A DNA stretch of 46,508 nucleotides, from the NCBI GenBank assembly GCA_964594835.1, contig CAZQNA010000012.1:1-46508 (forward strand), given 5' to 3'. This DNA is from an uncultured Nitrososphaerota archaeon (GTDB taxonomy: Archaea > Korarchaeota > Korarchaeia > Korarchaeales > Korarchaeaceae). How positions within the stretch are numbered: the stretch's first letter is position 1; every line of letters begins with the position of its first letter. The notes under the pieces are model-generated. The model was not told the DNA's origin, did not search any database, and saw nothing but the letters and a program-made list of their open reading frames with translations. This document shows, piece after piece, positions 9,152-18,472 of this stretch. The position numbers and the translations under genes were made by a program.

Positions 9152-10102
9152 ATGAGGGTGAACTTCCTGGCCGTGGGGAACATATCCATAGACCTGATAC
9201 ACACAGAGGCGGGGTTCGCCAGGAGGGTCGCCGGCAGCTCCTTCTACGCGGCCCTGGCCGCCTCCAGGCTCGGCGTGAGCTCGGGGGTGCTGGCGAAGTG
9301 CGGACCCGAGGTCGAGCCCAGCAGGGACTTGAAGCCCCTGCTGGAGGCTGGCGTCGACCTCTCGGGCCTCGTGAGGGCCAGCGTGACCTCCTCGTACGAG
9401 CTGTTCTACAGGGGAGAGGACAGGACCCTCAGGCTCAGGAGGGTCGGGGAGGAGATAACGCCGGAGGACGTCGAGAGGGCGGGCGCATCTTGTGAGGCCG
9501 CCCTGGTCTCCCCGATCTACAGGGAGGTTCCCAAGGAGACGCTCCTGAGGATAAGGAGGAGGTGCGGCCTGCTGGCCGTGGACCCGCAGGGATACATCAG
9601 GCGGAGGATCAGGGGGGGCTGGATACGCTTCGCCAAGTGGAACCCGGCCAGGGGCCTGGAGGGCGCCGCGGACATAATAGTCACCAGCAAGCCCGAGCTG
9701 CCTTTTCTGGCGAGGGCGAGGGGGGATGAGGGTAAGCTGAGGGAGCTCCTGAATTCGGGGGCCGACATAGTCTTCATGACCCGGGAGGGCGGGGCCAGAG
9801 AGGCCCTGCTGGCGTTTGACGGGAGGGTCTTCAGGATACCGGTGGTGCCCCCCGGGAGGGTCGTTGACCCGGGCGGCGCGGGGGACGTGTCGGCCGCAGC
9901 CTTCGTCTCCGAGTTCATGAGGACGAAGGAGCCCGTCTGGTCTGCTCTATTTGCCTCCAGCGTGGCGAGCTTCATATATGAGGCGTTTGGGGCGGAGAGC
10001 GCGCCCGACAGGCGGATGGCGATCGAAAGGCTCCGCGTCTTTTTAATGAGGTCCCGCCCCGACCTATACCGCGAGTACAGGGCGCGCCTCGAGGATGGGT
10101 GA
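9152..10102 (+). CDS. PfkB/ribokinase-family carbohydrate kinase
   Basis: VGNISID, VDPQG, DPGGAGD; ATG 9152 preferred over the longer ORF that overlaps DUF99. Confidence 0.9.
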   Translation: MRVNFLAVGNISIDLIHTEAGFARRVAGSSFYAALAASRLGVSSGVLAKCGPEVEPSRDLKPLLEAGVDLSGLVRASVTSSYELFYRGEDRTLRLRRVGEEITPEDVERAGASCEAALVSPIYREVPKETLLRIRRRCGLLAVDPQGYIRRRIRGGWIRFAKWNPARGLEGAADIIVTSKPELPFLARARGDEGKLRELLNSGADIVFMTREGGAREALLAFDGRVFRIPVVPPGRVVDPGGAGDVSAAAFVSEFMRTKEPVWSALFASSVASFIYEAFGAESAPDRRMAIERLRVFLMRSRPDLYREYRARLEDG

Positions 10103-10120
10103 GGCCGCAGGGGTGAGCTC

Positions 10121-12460
10121 ATGTCGAAGTTCTCTCCCAAGATAGAGAAGAAGCGTTGGCTCCCTGAGATGGAGTTGGAGATCCAGGAGATGTGGGATAG
10201 GGAGAGGCTCTACGCGTTCGACCCCGACTCTGAGAGGCCCAAGTTCTCGATAGACACCCCCCCGCCCTACGCCAGCGGGAAGTGGCACATAGCCGCTGCG
10301 ATCCACTACTCCCAGATCGACATGATCGCGAGGTCCATGAGGATGCGGGGCTACGAGGTCTACTTCCCTATGGGGATCGACAGGAACGGGCTCCCCGTCG
10401 AGGTGGAGACGGAGAAGCGCCACGGGATCCACATGAGGGAATACCCCAGGGAGGAGTTCCTGAAGCTCTGCGCCCAGTTCCTCGACGAGAGCGAGACGGA
10501 CATCGTAAAGATCAGCAAGAGACTCGGAATAAGCGCGGACTTCGAGAACGTGTTCAGGACGGACAGCGAGATGTGGAGGGCAGTGACCCAGGCCACCTTC
10601 ATAGACGCGTGGAACAAGGGATACGTGTACGAGGACTACAGGCCCAACAACTACTGCCCCAGGTGCCAGACGACGCTGGCAGATGCGGAGGTGGAGTACA
10701 AGGACCTCAAGTCCGTCCTCGTCTACCTAAAGTTCGAGACGGAGGATGGAAAGGCGGTCACGATAGCCACCACCAGGCCCGAGCTCCTCCCCGCGTGCGC
10801 GGCCGTCATCTACAACCCGAACGACGAGAGGTACTGGTGGCTGAGCGGGAAGAAGCTGAAGACCCCGCTCGGCAGGGAGGTCCCGGTCCTGGAGCACCCT
10901 GCGGCCGACCCCGAGTTCGGGACCGGGCTGGTCATGGTGTGCTCCTACGGAGACAAGGCCGACGTTCAGCTGTTCAGGGAGCTGCACCTCGAGGCCACCA
11001 TAATCGTTGATGAGCACGGGAGGCTCAACGAGCGCGCGGGGAGGTACGCGGGGATGACCATCCAGGAGGCGAGGGAGGCCATCATCGAGGACCTCAAGTC
11101 CGCGGGGTACGTTGAGAGGGTCGAGACCATAGAGCACAGGACCCCCGTTTGCTGGAGGTGCAAGACCCCCATCGAGATAGTGCCCATGAAGGAGTACTAC
11201 CTGAAGCAGGTCGACTTCCTGAACGAGATCAGGCGCGCGGCCCTGGAGGAGATGAAGTTCTACCCGGACTGGGCGGTCCAGTACCTGCTGGACTGGATCG
11301 ACTCGGTCGACACCGACTGGCCCGTCTCCAGGAGGAGGTACTACGCCACCGAGATCCCAGTGTGGTACTGCAAGTCCTGCGGGAAGCCGGTGGTCCCGCC
11401 CCCCGGGAAGTACTACCAGCCCTGGAAGGAGGACCCGCCGTTCGACAGGTGCCCGCACTGCGGGTCGACCGAGGGGTTCATCGGAGAGGAGAGGGTGTTC
11501 GACACCTGGATGGACTCAGGCATATCCCCCCTCGTGTACAACGGGTACGGGTGGAACGAGGGCCTCTACAGGAAGCTGGGCGGCCCCTCTGACCTGAGGC
11601 CCCAGGGCAAGGACATAGTGCGGACCTGGCTCTTCTACACGCTGGTCAGGGTCTACCTGGCCACCGGGAGGCACGCGTTCAGGCACGTGTGGATCGGGGG
11701 AATGGGACTCGACGCCCGCGGTAGGGCCATGCACAAGTCGCTGGGGAACATAATCTACCCGTGGCCCATGTTCGAGAGGTACGGGGCCGATGCGGTGAGG
11801 TTCTTCGGCGCCGCAGAGGCCCACCACGGCTCCGACTTCAGGATATCCGAGGCCAAGATAGCGGGGGCCTTCAAGTTCCTCCAGAAGCTGTGGAACGTGG
11901 CCAGGTTCATCTCCGCGTTCCCAATCCCGGAGAAAGAGCCCGAGCTAAAGCCCACCGACCTCTGGATCCTGGGGGAGATGAACGACTACATCAGGAGGGC
12001 GCTGGAGGGGTACGAGAGGTTCGACTTCTTCGACCCGGCCAACTCGGCCAGGACGTTCGTCTGGCAGGTCTTCGCCCCACACTACATCGAGCTGGTGAAG
12101 GCCCGAGCCTACGGAGACGAGGGCATCCCGCGGGAGGACGTGGATGCCGCCAGGTGGACCCTCCACACGGTCCTAAGGGCCGTCCTCAGGTGGCTGGCCC
12201 CCGTGACCCCGCACATCACCGACTACCTCTGGAGGGAGCTCTACGGCGGATCGGTCCACAGGGAGAGCATGCCGGAGCCGGAGGAGAGGTGGGAGACCGA
12301 GTACAAATCCCTTGGAAAGAGGCTCATGGAGTTCAACAGCATGGTCTGGAAGATGAAGAAGGAGTCTGGCCTCAAGCTGAGCGATGAGATCAGCGTAGAC
12401 ATTCCAGAGGAGCTGAAGCCCCTCGAGGACGACCTCAGGAGGCTCCACAACATAAGGTAA
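10121..12460 (+). CDS. valS: Valine--tRNA ligase
   Basis: IDTPPPY, ATTRPELL, FGTGLVMVC, DWPVSRRRYYAT, FDTWMDS, RPQGKDIVRTW; variant class I signatures HIAA and AMHKS. Confidence 0.95.
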   Translation: MSKFSPKIEKKRWLPEMELEIQEMWDRERLYAFDPDSERPKFSIDTPPPYASGKWHIAAAIHYSQIDMIARSMRMRGYEVYFPMGIDRNGLPVEVETEKRHGIHMREYPREEFLKLCAQFLDESETDIVKISKRLGISADFENVFRTDSEMWRAVTQATFIDAWNKGYVYEDYRPNNYCPRCQTTLADAEVEYKDLKSVLVYLKFETEDGKAVTIATTRPELLPACAAVIYNPNDERYWWLSGKKLKTPLGREVPVLEHPAADPEFGTGLVMVCSYGDKADVQLFRELHLEATIIVDEHGRLNERAGRYAGMTIQEAREAIIEDLKSAGYVERVETIEHRTPVCWRCKTPIEIVPMKEYYLKQVDFLNEIRRAALEEMKFYPDWAVQYLLDWIDSVDTDWPVSRRRYYATEIPVWYCKSCGKPVVPPPGKYYQPWKEDPPFDRCPHCGSTEGFIGEERVFDTWMDSGISPLVYNGYGWNEGLYRKLGGPSDLRPQGKDIVRTWLFYTLVRVYLATGRHAFRHVWIGGMGLDARGRAMHKSLGNIIYPWPMFERYGADAVRFFGAAEAHHGSDFRISEAKIAGAFKFLQKLWNVARFISAFPIPEKEPELKPTDLWILGEMNDYIRRALEGYERFDFFDPANSARTFVWQVFAPHYIELVKARAYGDEGIPREDVDAARWTLHTVLRAVLRWLAPVTPHITDYLWRELYGGSVHRESMPEPEERWETEYKSLGKRLMEFNSMVWKMKKESGLKLSDEISVDIPEELKPLEDDLRRLHNIR

Positions 12461-12464
12461 GTAG

Positions 12465-12575
12465 TGGCGCCGGGGGTGGGATTTGAACCCACGTGGCCTC
12501 CGAGAGGCCACCGGATCTCGAGTCCGGCCCCTTGGCTTCGCCGGGCCGGAGGCCCTCTGGCTAGGGTACCCCGGC
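12465..12575 (-). tRNA. tRNA-Ser(CGA) with 20-nt non-canonical intron in the D loop
   Basis: GCCGGGG/CCCCGGC acceptor, G discriminator plus CCA, CCGGA-CT-CGA-GA-TCCGG, long variable arm; oversize D loop resolved by removing 12537-12556. Confidence 0.93.
12537..12556 (-). other. tRNA intron (about position 18/19) with BHB/BHL-like splice motif
   Basis: AGGGCCTCCGGCCCGGCGAA; internal GGGCC/GGCCC hairpin; bulges AG|A and AA|G; removal gives D loop AGCCAGGCCAA as in the tRNA-Glu of this window. Confidence 0.8.
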
Positions 12576-12584
12576 ACCCAACCG

Positions 12585-12607
12585 TTTATCACGCTCCGGG
12601 TATATAA
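12585..12607. promoter_or_regulatory. Divergent TATA-like boxes for tRNA-Ser and the pgm gene
   Basis: TTTATC (12585) and TATATAA (12601) in a 47-bp gap between divergent genes. Confidence 0.6.
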
Positions 12608-12622
12608 CCGCTCGGTGGGGGC

Positions 12623-13966
12623 ATGGGGAGGCTGTTCGGCACCGCGGGCGTCAGGGGAGTGTACGGAGTCCAGATCGACGAATTCTCGGCCTTGAGATTC
12701 GGCAGGGCCGTCGCGAGGGTGATGGAGAGCGAGTCCCTCATAGTCGGCTGGGACGGGAGGCTGAGCAGCCCCTCGCTGGCGGCCGCGGTCATAAGCGGGG
12801 TGCTGTCGGAGGGAAAAGACGTCAAGCTCCTGGGGCTCGCGCCCCTGCCCGTGACCTGTAGGTCTGCCAAGGTGCAGGAGGTCGCGGGGATATACGTCAC
12901 CGCCAGCCACAACCCTCCCGAGTTCAACGGGTTCAAGGCCATATCCTCGAGGGGGGCGGAGGCCACCCGCGAGGAGGAGAGGAGGGTCGAGGCCGAGTTC
13001 GACGGGCTCCCCAGCCCTCGACTCCCTGAGAGGCGACCGGAGGTCTCCCCCTCGGGCTACACGTCCGCAGACTACGTTCGAGACCTGCTGAAGTCCTCCG
13101 GCTTCGGGGTTGGCGTGAGGGTCGTGCTGGATCCGGGAAATGGATGCGCCTCAGACCTCGCCCCGGAGGTCATATCGAGGATGGGCGCGCGGGTGACGAC
13201 CATGAACGACTGGATCGACGGGAGGTTCCCCGGCAGGCCCTCGGAGCCGACCCGAGAGAACCTGGCGGGGCTCGGCGAACTCGTGAGAAGGCTGGAGGCC
13301 GAGATGGGGATAGCCTGGGATGGAGACGCCGACAGGGTGGCGGTCGTCGACGGCTCCGGGCAGTTCGTCCCGCAGTACGCCGTCTCCTCGCTGGCCGCGC
13401 TGGTCCTGCGGGCCAGGAGGGTGATAGTCTCCGTGGACATGGGGTGGGGGATCAGGGACCTCGTCGAGTCCTGGGGTGGGAAGGTCGTTGAGTGGAGGCT
13501 GGGGGACCTCCACAGCGAGTACTTCAGGAGGGCGTCAGAGGGCTGGGAGGCGGACCTGGTGACGGAGCCCTGGAAGATCATGTCGCCCGGATGGGGCCCC
13601 TTCTTCGACGGAATAATGGCCTCAACGCTCGTCCTCAGGGCGGTCGGGGAGTTCGGCTCCCTGGGGGAGGCGCTTGACGCGGTGCCCAGGTACTTCCAGG
13701 AGAGGATGAGCTTCCGCTTCGAGGGCGACAGGGAGGCGACCCTCGCGGCCCTGGCCTCCAGGGTGGAGCGGGCGCTGGGGAGGAGGGTCGTCGAGATCAG
13801 CAGACTGGACGGGGTGAAGTACGTCCTGGAGGACGGCTGGGTGCTCCTGAGGATGAGCGGGACGGAGCCCAAGGTGAGGGTCTACCTGGAGTCCAAGAGC
13901 GAGGAGGGGCTGGCAGAGCTGAGGAGGATCGCCCTCGAGGCCCTCAGGGATGTTGGGGTGGCGTGA
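12623..13966 (+). CDS. Phosphohexomutase (PGM/PMM/GlmM family)
   Basis: LFGTAGVRG, TASHNP, DGDADR, RMSGTEP. Confidence 0.93.
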   Translation: MGRLFGTAGVRGVYGVQIDEFSALRFGRAVARVMESESLIVGWDGRLSSPSLAAAVISGVLSEGKDVKLLGLAPLPVTCRSAKVQEVAGIYVTASHNPPEFNGFKAISSRGAEATREEERRVEAEFDGLPSPRLPERRPEVSPSGYTSADYVRDLLKSSGFGVGVRVVLDPGNGCASDLAPEVISRMGARVTTMNDWIDGRFPGRPSEPTRENLAGLGELVRRLEAEMGIAWDGDADRVAVVDGSGQFVPQYAVSSLAALVLRARRVIVSVDMGWGIRDLVESWGGKVVEWRLGDLHSEYFRRASEGWEADLVTEPWKIMSPGWGPFFDGIMASTLVLRAVGEFGSLGEALDAVPRYFQERMSFRFEGDREATLAALASRVERALGRRVVEISRLDGVKYVLEDGWVLLRMSGTEPKVRVYLESKSEEGLAELRRIALEALRDVGVA

Positions 13967-13967
13967 C

Positions 13968-14735
13968 ATGGCTGACGTCGCCCTGATAATCGGGCTCGCG
14001 GGGACTGGGAAGACCACCCTCACCGGGGCCCTGGTCAGCTGGATGAGGAGGAGGGGGCTCAGGGCGGCGGCGGTCAACCTCGACCCCGGGGTCAGGAGGC
14101 TGCCCTACGCCCCGGCCTACGACGTGAGGGACATAGTCACGGTCGACGGGGTGATGGAGAGGGAGGGGCTCGGTCCAAACGGGGCCATACTGCGGGCCAT
14201 AGACGTGATCTCAGAGGAGGAGAACCTCTCCATGCTGATAAGGGGCCTAAAATCGGTGGACGCCGATTTCCTCGTGGTGGACACCCCCGGCCAGGCGGAG
14301 GCCTTCGCCCTCAGGGGCTCGGGGAAGAGAATCGTGGAGGCCATATCCTCGAGCTTCTCCCGGACCACTGCGGTCTTTCTCGGTGAGGTGAGTCCGGGGA
14401 TTTCGGTGGAGGACTTCCTGACCGCTGCCCTCCTGGCGAAGATCGTCGAGCTGAAGCTCGACGTCGGGGTCGTCCCGGCGCTCAACAAGTCCGATCTGGG
14501 TGGTGGTGACAGGCTCAGAGAGGCCTGGACATCCGTCCTCAGGGGTGACCTGGGGTGGGTCGAGCGGGAGGGGAGGGGGGTCGCCTCTGAGGCGCTTAAG
14601 GAGCTTCTAAAGGCTGTGAGGGAGTTCAGGACCGCGCAGAGGGTCGCGCTTATATCGGCCAGAGAGGAAAGGGGGCTGGATGAACTTTTTGACATGCTGA
14701 TGGAGGTCTGGTGCGCTTGCGGAGATATGACGTGA
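13968..14735 (+). CDS. GPN-loop GTPase
   Basis: GLAGTGKTT, NLDPG, GLGPNGA, DTPGQ, NKSD; ATG at 13968. Confidence 0.93.
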   Translation: MADVALIIGLAGTGKTTLTGALVSWMRRRGLRAAAVNLDPGVRRLPYAPAYDVRDIVTVDGVMEREGLGPNGAILRAIDVISEEENLSMLIRGLKSVDADFLVVDTPGQAEAFALRGSGKRIVEAISSSFSRTTAVFLGEVSPGISVEDFLTAALLAKIVELKLDVGVVPALNKSDLGGGDRLREAWTSVLRGDLGWVEREGRGVASEALKELLKAVREFRTAQRVALISAREERGLDELFDMLMEVWCACGDMT

Positions 14736-16282
14736 CGACTCGGGATGGCTCCGCGGATGGCGGGGAGGAGTCGACCAGGGCCATCGTCTCGGTTCTGCTG
14801 GGCATGGGTTACCACCTCACTCCCAAGGCACTAAGGATACTCTCGGAGGAGGTTCGAGACATCTCCGACCTCATCTCGGAGATTGAGAGGAAAAGGGAGA
14901 GCCTGCCTCCGGTCCTCGACGAGGAGGTGGTCAGGGGGATTGTGGAGGAGATAGCGAGTAGGATGGGCGCCCCGGAGGAGCCCAACCAGGGACGCGGAGG
15001 CCAGGTGGAGGCCCATCCCAGGGACGCGCCCCACGAGGTCCAGGTTCAGGTCCCCCCGCGGGTCACGGTAGAGGTCGATCCCGTCTTGGCCGTCAGGAGG
15101 GGGGTTCCGGAGGAGTTCGTCGAGTACTTCCAAGACAGGTTCGCCAGGCTCCTAGAGGTGGCGAGGAAGAGGTTCCGGGAGGGGCTCTACACGCCCTCTC
15201 AGGTTCGGCTCAGGGGGAGGGAGCTCCCCAGGGTCCACGTCGCCGGGCTTGTCTCGGAGAAGAGGGCAACGAGGAGGGGGATCGTCCTGGTTCTGGAGGA
15301 CGAAAGCGATCAGATCAGGGTGTTCGTTCCCAGGGAGGAGTTGGACCTCTACAGAGCCGCGGAGAGCGTGATGATGGACCAGCTCCTGGTCGTCAGCGGA
15401 GAGGTCGACCCGAGGAGGGGGACCCTGAGGCCGGACTCGATTCAGCACCCGGACGTGCCGGGGGGGTTCACGCCCAAGAGGTCGGAGGCCCGAAAGCGCG
15501 CGGTCCTCATCTCGGACATCCACGTCGGGAGCAGCTACTTCCTGGAGGACCTGTGGAAGAGGTTCGTCGACTGGCTCAGGGGGGAGGGGAGAGACGTCGA
15601 GTACGTCCTCATATGCGGGGACCTGGTCGACGGGGTGGGCATATACCCGGACCAGGAGGACGAGCTCGAGATCAAGGACATATACGGGCAGTACGAGAAG
15701 GCCGGAGAGCTCCTCTCGATGCTCCCCAGTCACGTGAAGGTAATCTACATACCCGGAAACCACGAGCCCGTCAGACAGGCCGAGCCGCAGCCCAGAGTCC
15801 CGGACAGGTTCCTGAGGCCGCTGATGGACGCCCTGGACAGTCTGGTGGCTGCGGGGAACCCGGCGCTGGTGAACGTGGAGGGGGTCAGGATCCTCATGTA
15901 CCACGGTAGGAGCCTTAACACGGTCTTCAAGTACGTCCCGGGCCTCCAGCCGCCGACGGGGAGGAGCGTCGTCAGGGCGATGGCCCACCTCCTGAGGGCG
16001 AGGCACCTGGCGCCGATGTACGGGGAGCACCCGATCGCACCGGAGTCCAGGGACTGGCTGGTCATCGAGGAGGTCCCGGAGGTCGTCCACATGGGGCACG
16101 TCCACGTGTTCGGCGTCGGGGCCTACAAGAACGTCAGGCTGATAAACTCGGGAACCTTCCAGGCCGAGACGCCTTACATAAAGAAGATGGGGATAACGGC
16201 GACGCCGGGGATCTTCCCGGTCCTCTCGCTGCACGACCTCAGCGTGAGGCCTCTAGATCTCCGGCCGCCTACACCCGCGTGA
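14732..16282 (+). CDS. DNA polymerase D small subunit DP1 (proofreading exonuclease)
   Basis: OB fold then calcineurin-like motifs ISDIHVGS, GDLVDG, PGNHE, YHGRS, RHLAP, MGHVH; GTG overlaps upstream TGA. Confidence 0.96.
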   Translation: MTTRDGSADGGEESTRAIVSVLLGMGYHLTPKALRILSEEVRDISDLISEIERKRESLPPVLDEEVVRGIVEEIASRMGAPEEPNQGRGGQVEAHPRDAPHEVQVQVPPRVTVEVDPVLAVRRGVPEEFVEYFQDRFARLLEVARKRFREGLYTPSQVRLRGRELPRVHVAGLVSEKRATRRGIVLVLEDESDQIRVFVPREELDLYRAAESVMMDQLLVVSGEVDPRRGTLRPDSIQHPDVPGGFTPKRSEARKRAVLISDIHVGSSYFLEDLWKRFVDWLRGEGRDVEYVLICGDLVDGVGIYPDQEDELEIKDIYGQYEKAGELLSMLPSHVKVIYIPGNHEPVRQAEPQPRVPDRFLRPLMDALDSLVAAGNPALVNVEGVRILMYHGRSLNTVFKYVPGLQPPTGRSVVRAMAHLLRARHLAPMYGEHPIAPESRDWLVIEEVPEVVHMGHVHVFGVGAYKNVRLINSGTFQAETPYIKKMGITATPGIFPVLSLHDLSVRPLDLRPPTPA

Positions 16283-17474
16283 CCTCGTTCAGGATCTCCT
16301 TGAGGCGGAGAGGTGGAAGGGCGGTCCCCCGAACGACCTTGGTGTTCCCCCTCGCCCCGCCATAGCTCATCTCTATCTCCAGGATCCCCTGGGACTCGAG
16401 CTCCCTCAGGATGGCGCTGACCCTCCTCATGGTGAGCGGGCTCACGAGGAAGCGCCTGGCGTACCTCTCGTACCTCTCGTAGATCTTCCCAGTTCCGGGT
16501 CTCGGGTCCCCGGCCAGGAGGAGATCGACAGCCGCCTTCAGGACCAGTAGGTGGTGGAAGGGGAGCGTCCTGATGGCGACCTGGACCTCGCTCTCGTCGA
16601 CCCTTATCTCCGCCTGACTCACGTGGTCCTCGGTGAGCCTCCCGCTCCTGTCCTTCTCGGCCAAGATGGCGGCCATCCTGAGGAGGTCTATCGCCCTCCT
16701 CGCGTCTCCGCCCTCCCTGGCCACCTTGGCCGCGATCCTCCTGAGGGCCGCGTCCTCCCAGGATCCCGGCCTCAGCCCAAGCCTGGCCCTCTGCAGGAGT
16801 ATGTTGTAGAGCTCGTCGGCTGTGTATGGCTGGAAGAAGATCCTGTCCGGGTTGTAAGAACTCCTGACCCTCCTGTCAAGCCTCTCGAGGAAGTTCAGCG
16901 TGTTGGATATCCCGAGGACCGTCACCGAGTTCCTCCTGAGGTCGAGGTCGTAGTTCATCCTGGTGAGGGAGTAGAGGAGCCTCCCCCCGTCCCTCCTGAC
17001 GAGGAGGTCGACCTCGTCGAGGACCAGGAATAGCCTCACGTCGGCCTCCAGGAAGGCCTTCTTGAAGTTGTCCTCGAGGACGTCGTAGGGATAACCGCTC
17101 GGCGGGATCAGGATCCCAAAGGCCCTGTTCAGCTGGTACATGACGCGGTATGAGGTGTTGGCCTGCGAGCAGTTGATGTATATGAACCGGACCGGGGCGC
17201 CCCTCAGCTCCTCCGACTTGCGCCTGAGAACGTGCTTGGCCACGGCCGTCTTTCCGGTCCCGGCCATTCCGTTGAAGGCGAGGTGGGATGGGGGCTCGTT
17301 GAAGAGGAGGGGCTCCAGGTGATCCTCGAACATGAGGATCTGCTCGTCCCTCCCGGGGAGGGTCTCCGGGACGTACGCGTCCGAGAGAACCCTCCTGTCG
17401 AGGATTATCCTCACGTTTCTCCCACTAGAGATCGAATTCAGGTGAGTGTACCTTGCTGCCAACCGATTCCCCAC
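16269..17474 (-). CDS. cdc6: Orc1/Cdc6 replication initiator (origin-adjacent copy)
   Basis: YVPETLPGRD, GMAGTGKT, YINC, VLDEVD, RVRSS, GDARRAIDLLR, C-terminal winged helix. Confidence 0.96.
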   Translation of the reverse strand: MGNRLAARYTHLNSISSGRNVRIILDRRVLSDAYVPETLPGRDEQILMFEDHLEPLLFNEPPSHLAFNGMAGTGKTAVAKHVLRRKSEELRGAPVRFIYINCSQANTSYRVMYQLNRAFGILIPPSGYPYDVLEDNFKKAFLEADVRLFLVLDEVDLLVRRDGGRLLYSLTRMNYDLDLRRNSVTVLGISNTLNFLERLDRRVRSSYNPDRIFFQPYTADELYNILLQRARLGLRPGSWEDAALRRIAAKVAREGGDARRAIDLLRMAAILAEKDRSGRLTEDHVSQAEIRVDESEVQVAIRTLPFHHLLVLKAAVDLLLAGDPRPGTGKIYERYERYARRFLVSPLTMRRVSAILRELESQGILEIEMSYGGARGNTKVVRGTALPPLRLKEILNEVTRV

Positions 17475-17495
17475 CCCCAGAACCTCAGCTCGGTC

Positions 17496-17758
17496 TTTCC
17501 CACTCCGTTCCGAGTGGAAACCCGGCCTAATTAAGCGAGTTCATATTTGGCTGGGGATCTGCTTAGAACCATCCTCATGATTTTTCTGCGCGGATCCAGA
17601 GAATGGAGCGGCGATCCGACCTCAACAGAGGGAGTCCACACCTTCCACTCCGACACCTCCAACCGAACCCGAGCACGGAGTGGAAACTAACCCACTTCCA
17701 CTCCACTCTGGCCCGGGCCCTCGCCCACCCACCTGTCGGAGTGGAAGGCAGGGGGGGT
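17496..17758. other. Candidate replication origin (oriC) with ORB-like boxes
   Basis: Six GAGTGG(G)AA boxes in alternating orientation directly upstream of cdc6; 15-bp perfect inverted repeat 17641-17655/17734-17748 followed by a G-string; relatively AT-rich stretch 17528-17586. Confidence 0.75.
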
Positions 17759-17761
17759 CTC

Positions 17762-18472
17762 TCACAGCAGCATGAGTGCTGCCCAGGGGGCGGCCGCCCA
17801 CAGGAGCAGAGCGGCGTCAACCCGCCCGAGCCGGTACTCGGGGTAGAGCGTCCTCTTCGCCCTCCCCCCGAACCCCCTGGATTCAACCGACTCGGCTACC
17901 GCCTGGCTCCTCCTCACGACGAGTACGAGCGCGGGGATGAGTATTGGAGCCAGCCTCCTGACCCTCTCCACGGGGCCGCCGACGTCGGACCTGTACCCCC
18001 GGCTCCTCTGGGCTGCCGCAATCCCCCTGAGGTCCTCTATCATCACGGGAACGAACCTGAACGCCACCATGCCGGCCAGCGCAACCGGAGGGGGGGCGCC
18101 CGCCATGGAGAGCAGGTCCGCTATCTCCATTGGGTCGGTGACGGAGAAGAACAGAAAGGCCGCGGCGGCCATCGAGGCCATCCTTAGTCCCATCGCGGCA
18201 GAGAACTCCAAGTTCCGGGTGATGACGAAGTTCAGCCCCACGATGAGCCCAATGGGGATCGCCAGGTGCCTCACCTCCAGGAGGGGCCTCAGCCCGACCC
18301 CGCCCAAGACCGCCGTGAGGATCAGGACCCCCAGTATAGCCCCCTGTCCCAAGACGGTGGATACTGCTAGCGGGAGGGCGGAGAAGGAGATCATCCACGC
18401 CAGCTTAGATGCCGGGTGAGCGCGGTGGAGGGCCCCTCTCCTGGCCCCCCCGAGGGCCCCCGCCCCTATCAA
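17762..18472 (-). CDS. ecfT: ECF transporter transmembrane component EcfT
   Basis: HPASKL, FRFVP, AQRSRG and ESRGF motifs; hydrophobic. Confidence 0.93.
   Translation of the reverse strand: MIGAGALGGARRGALHRAHPASKLAWMISFSALPLAVSTVLGQGAILGVLILTAVLGGVGLRPLLEVRHLAIPIGLIVGLNFVITRNLEFSAAMGLRMASMAAAAFLFFSVTDPMEIADLLSMAGAPPPVALAGMVAFRFVPVMIEDLRGIAAAQRSRGYRSDVGGPVERVRRLAPILIPALVLVVRRSQAVAESVESRGFGGRAKRTLYPEYRLGRVDAALLLWAAAPWAALMLL

Noticed and set aside
17496-17758. Short repeats as a possible CRISPR array or MITE
   Set aside because: Repeats are 8-15 bp, mixed in orientation and irregularly spaced; no cas or transposase genes; cdc6 context explains them
17603-18187. 194-aa plus-strand ORF
   Set aside because: Overlaps the origin boxes and is antisense to ecfT; composition does not look like protein
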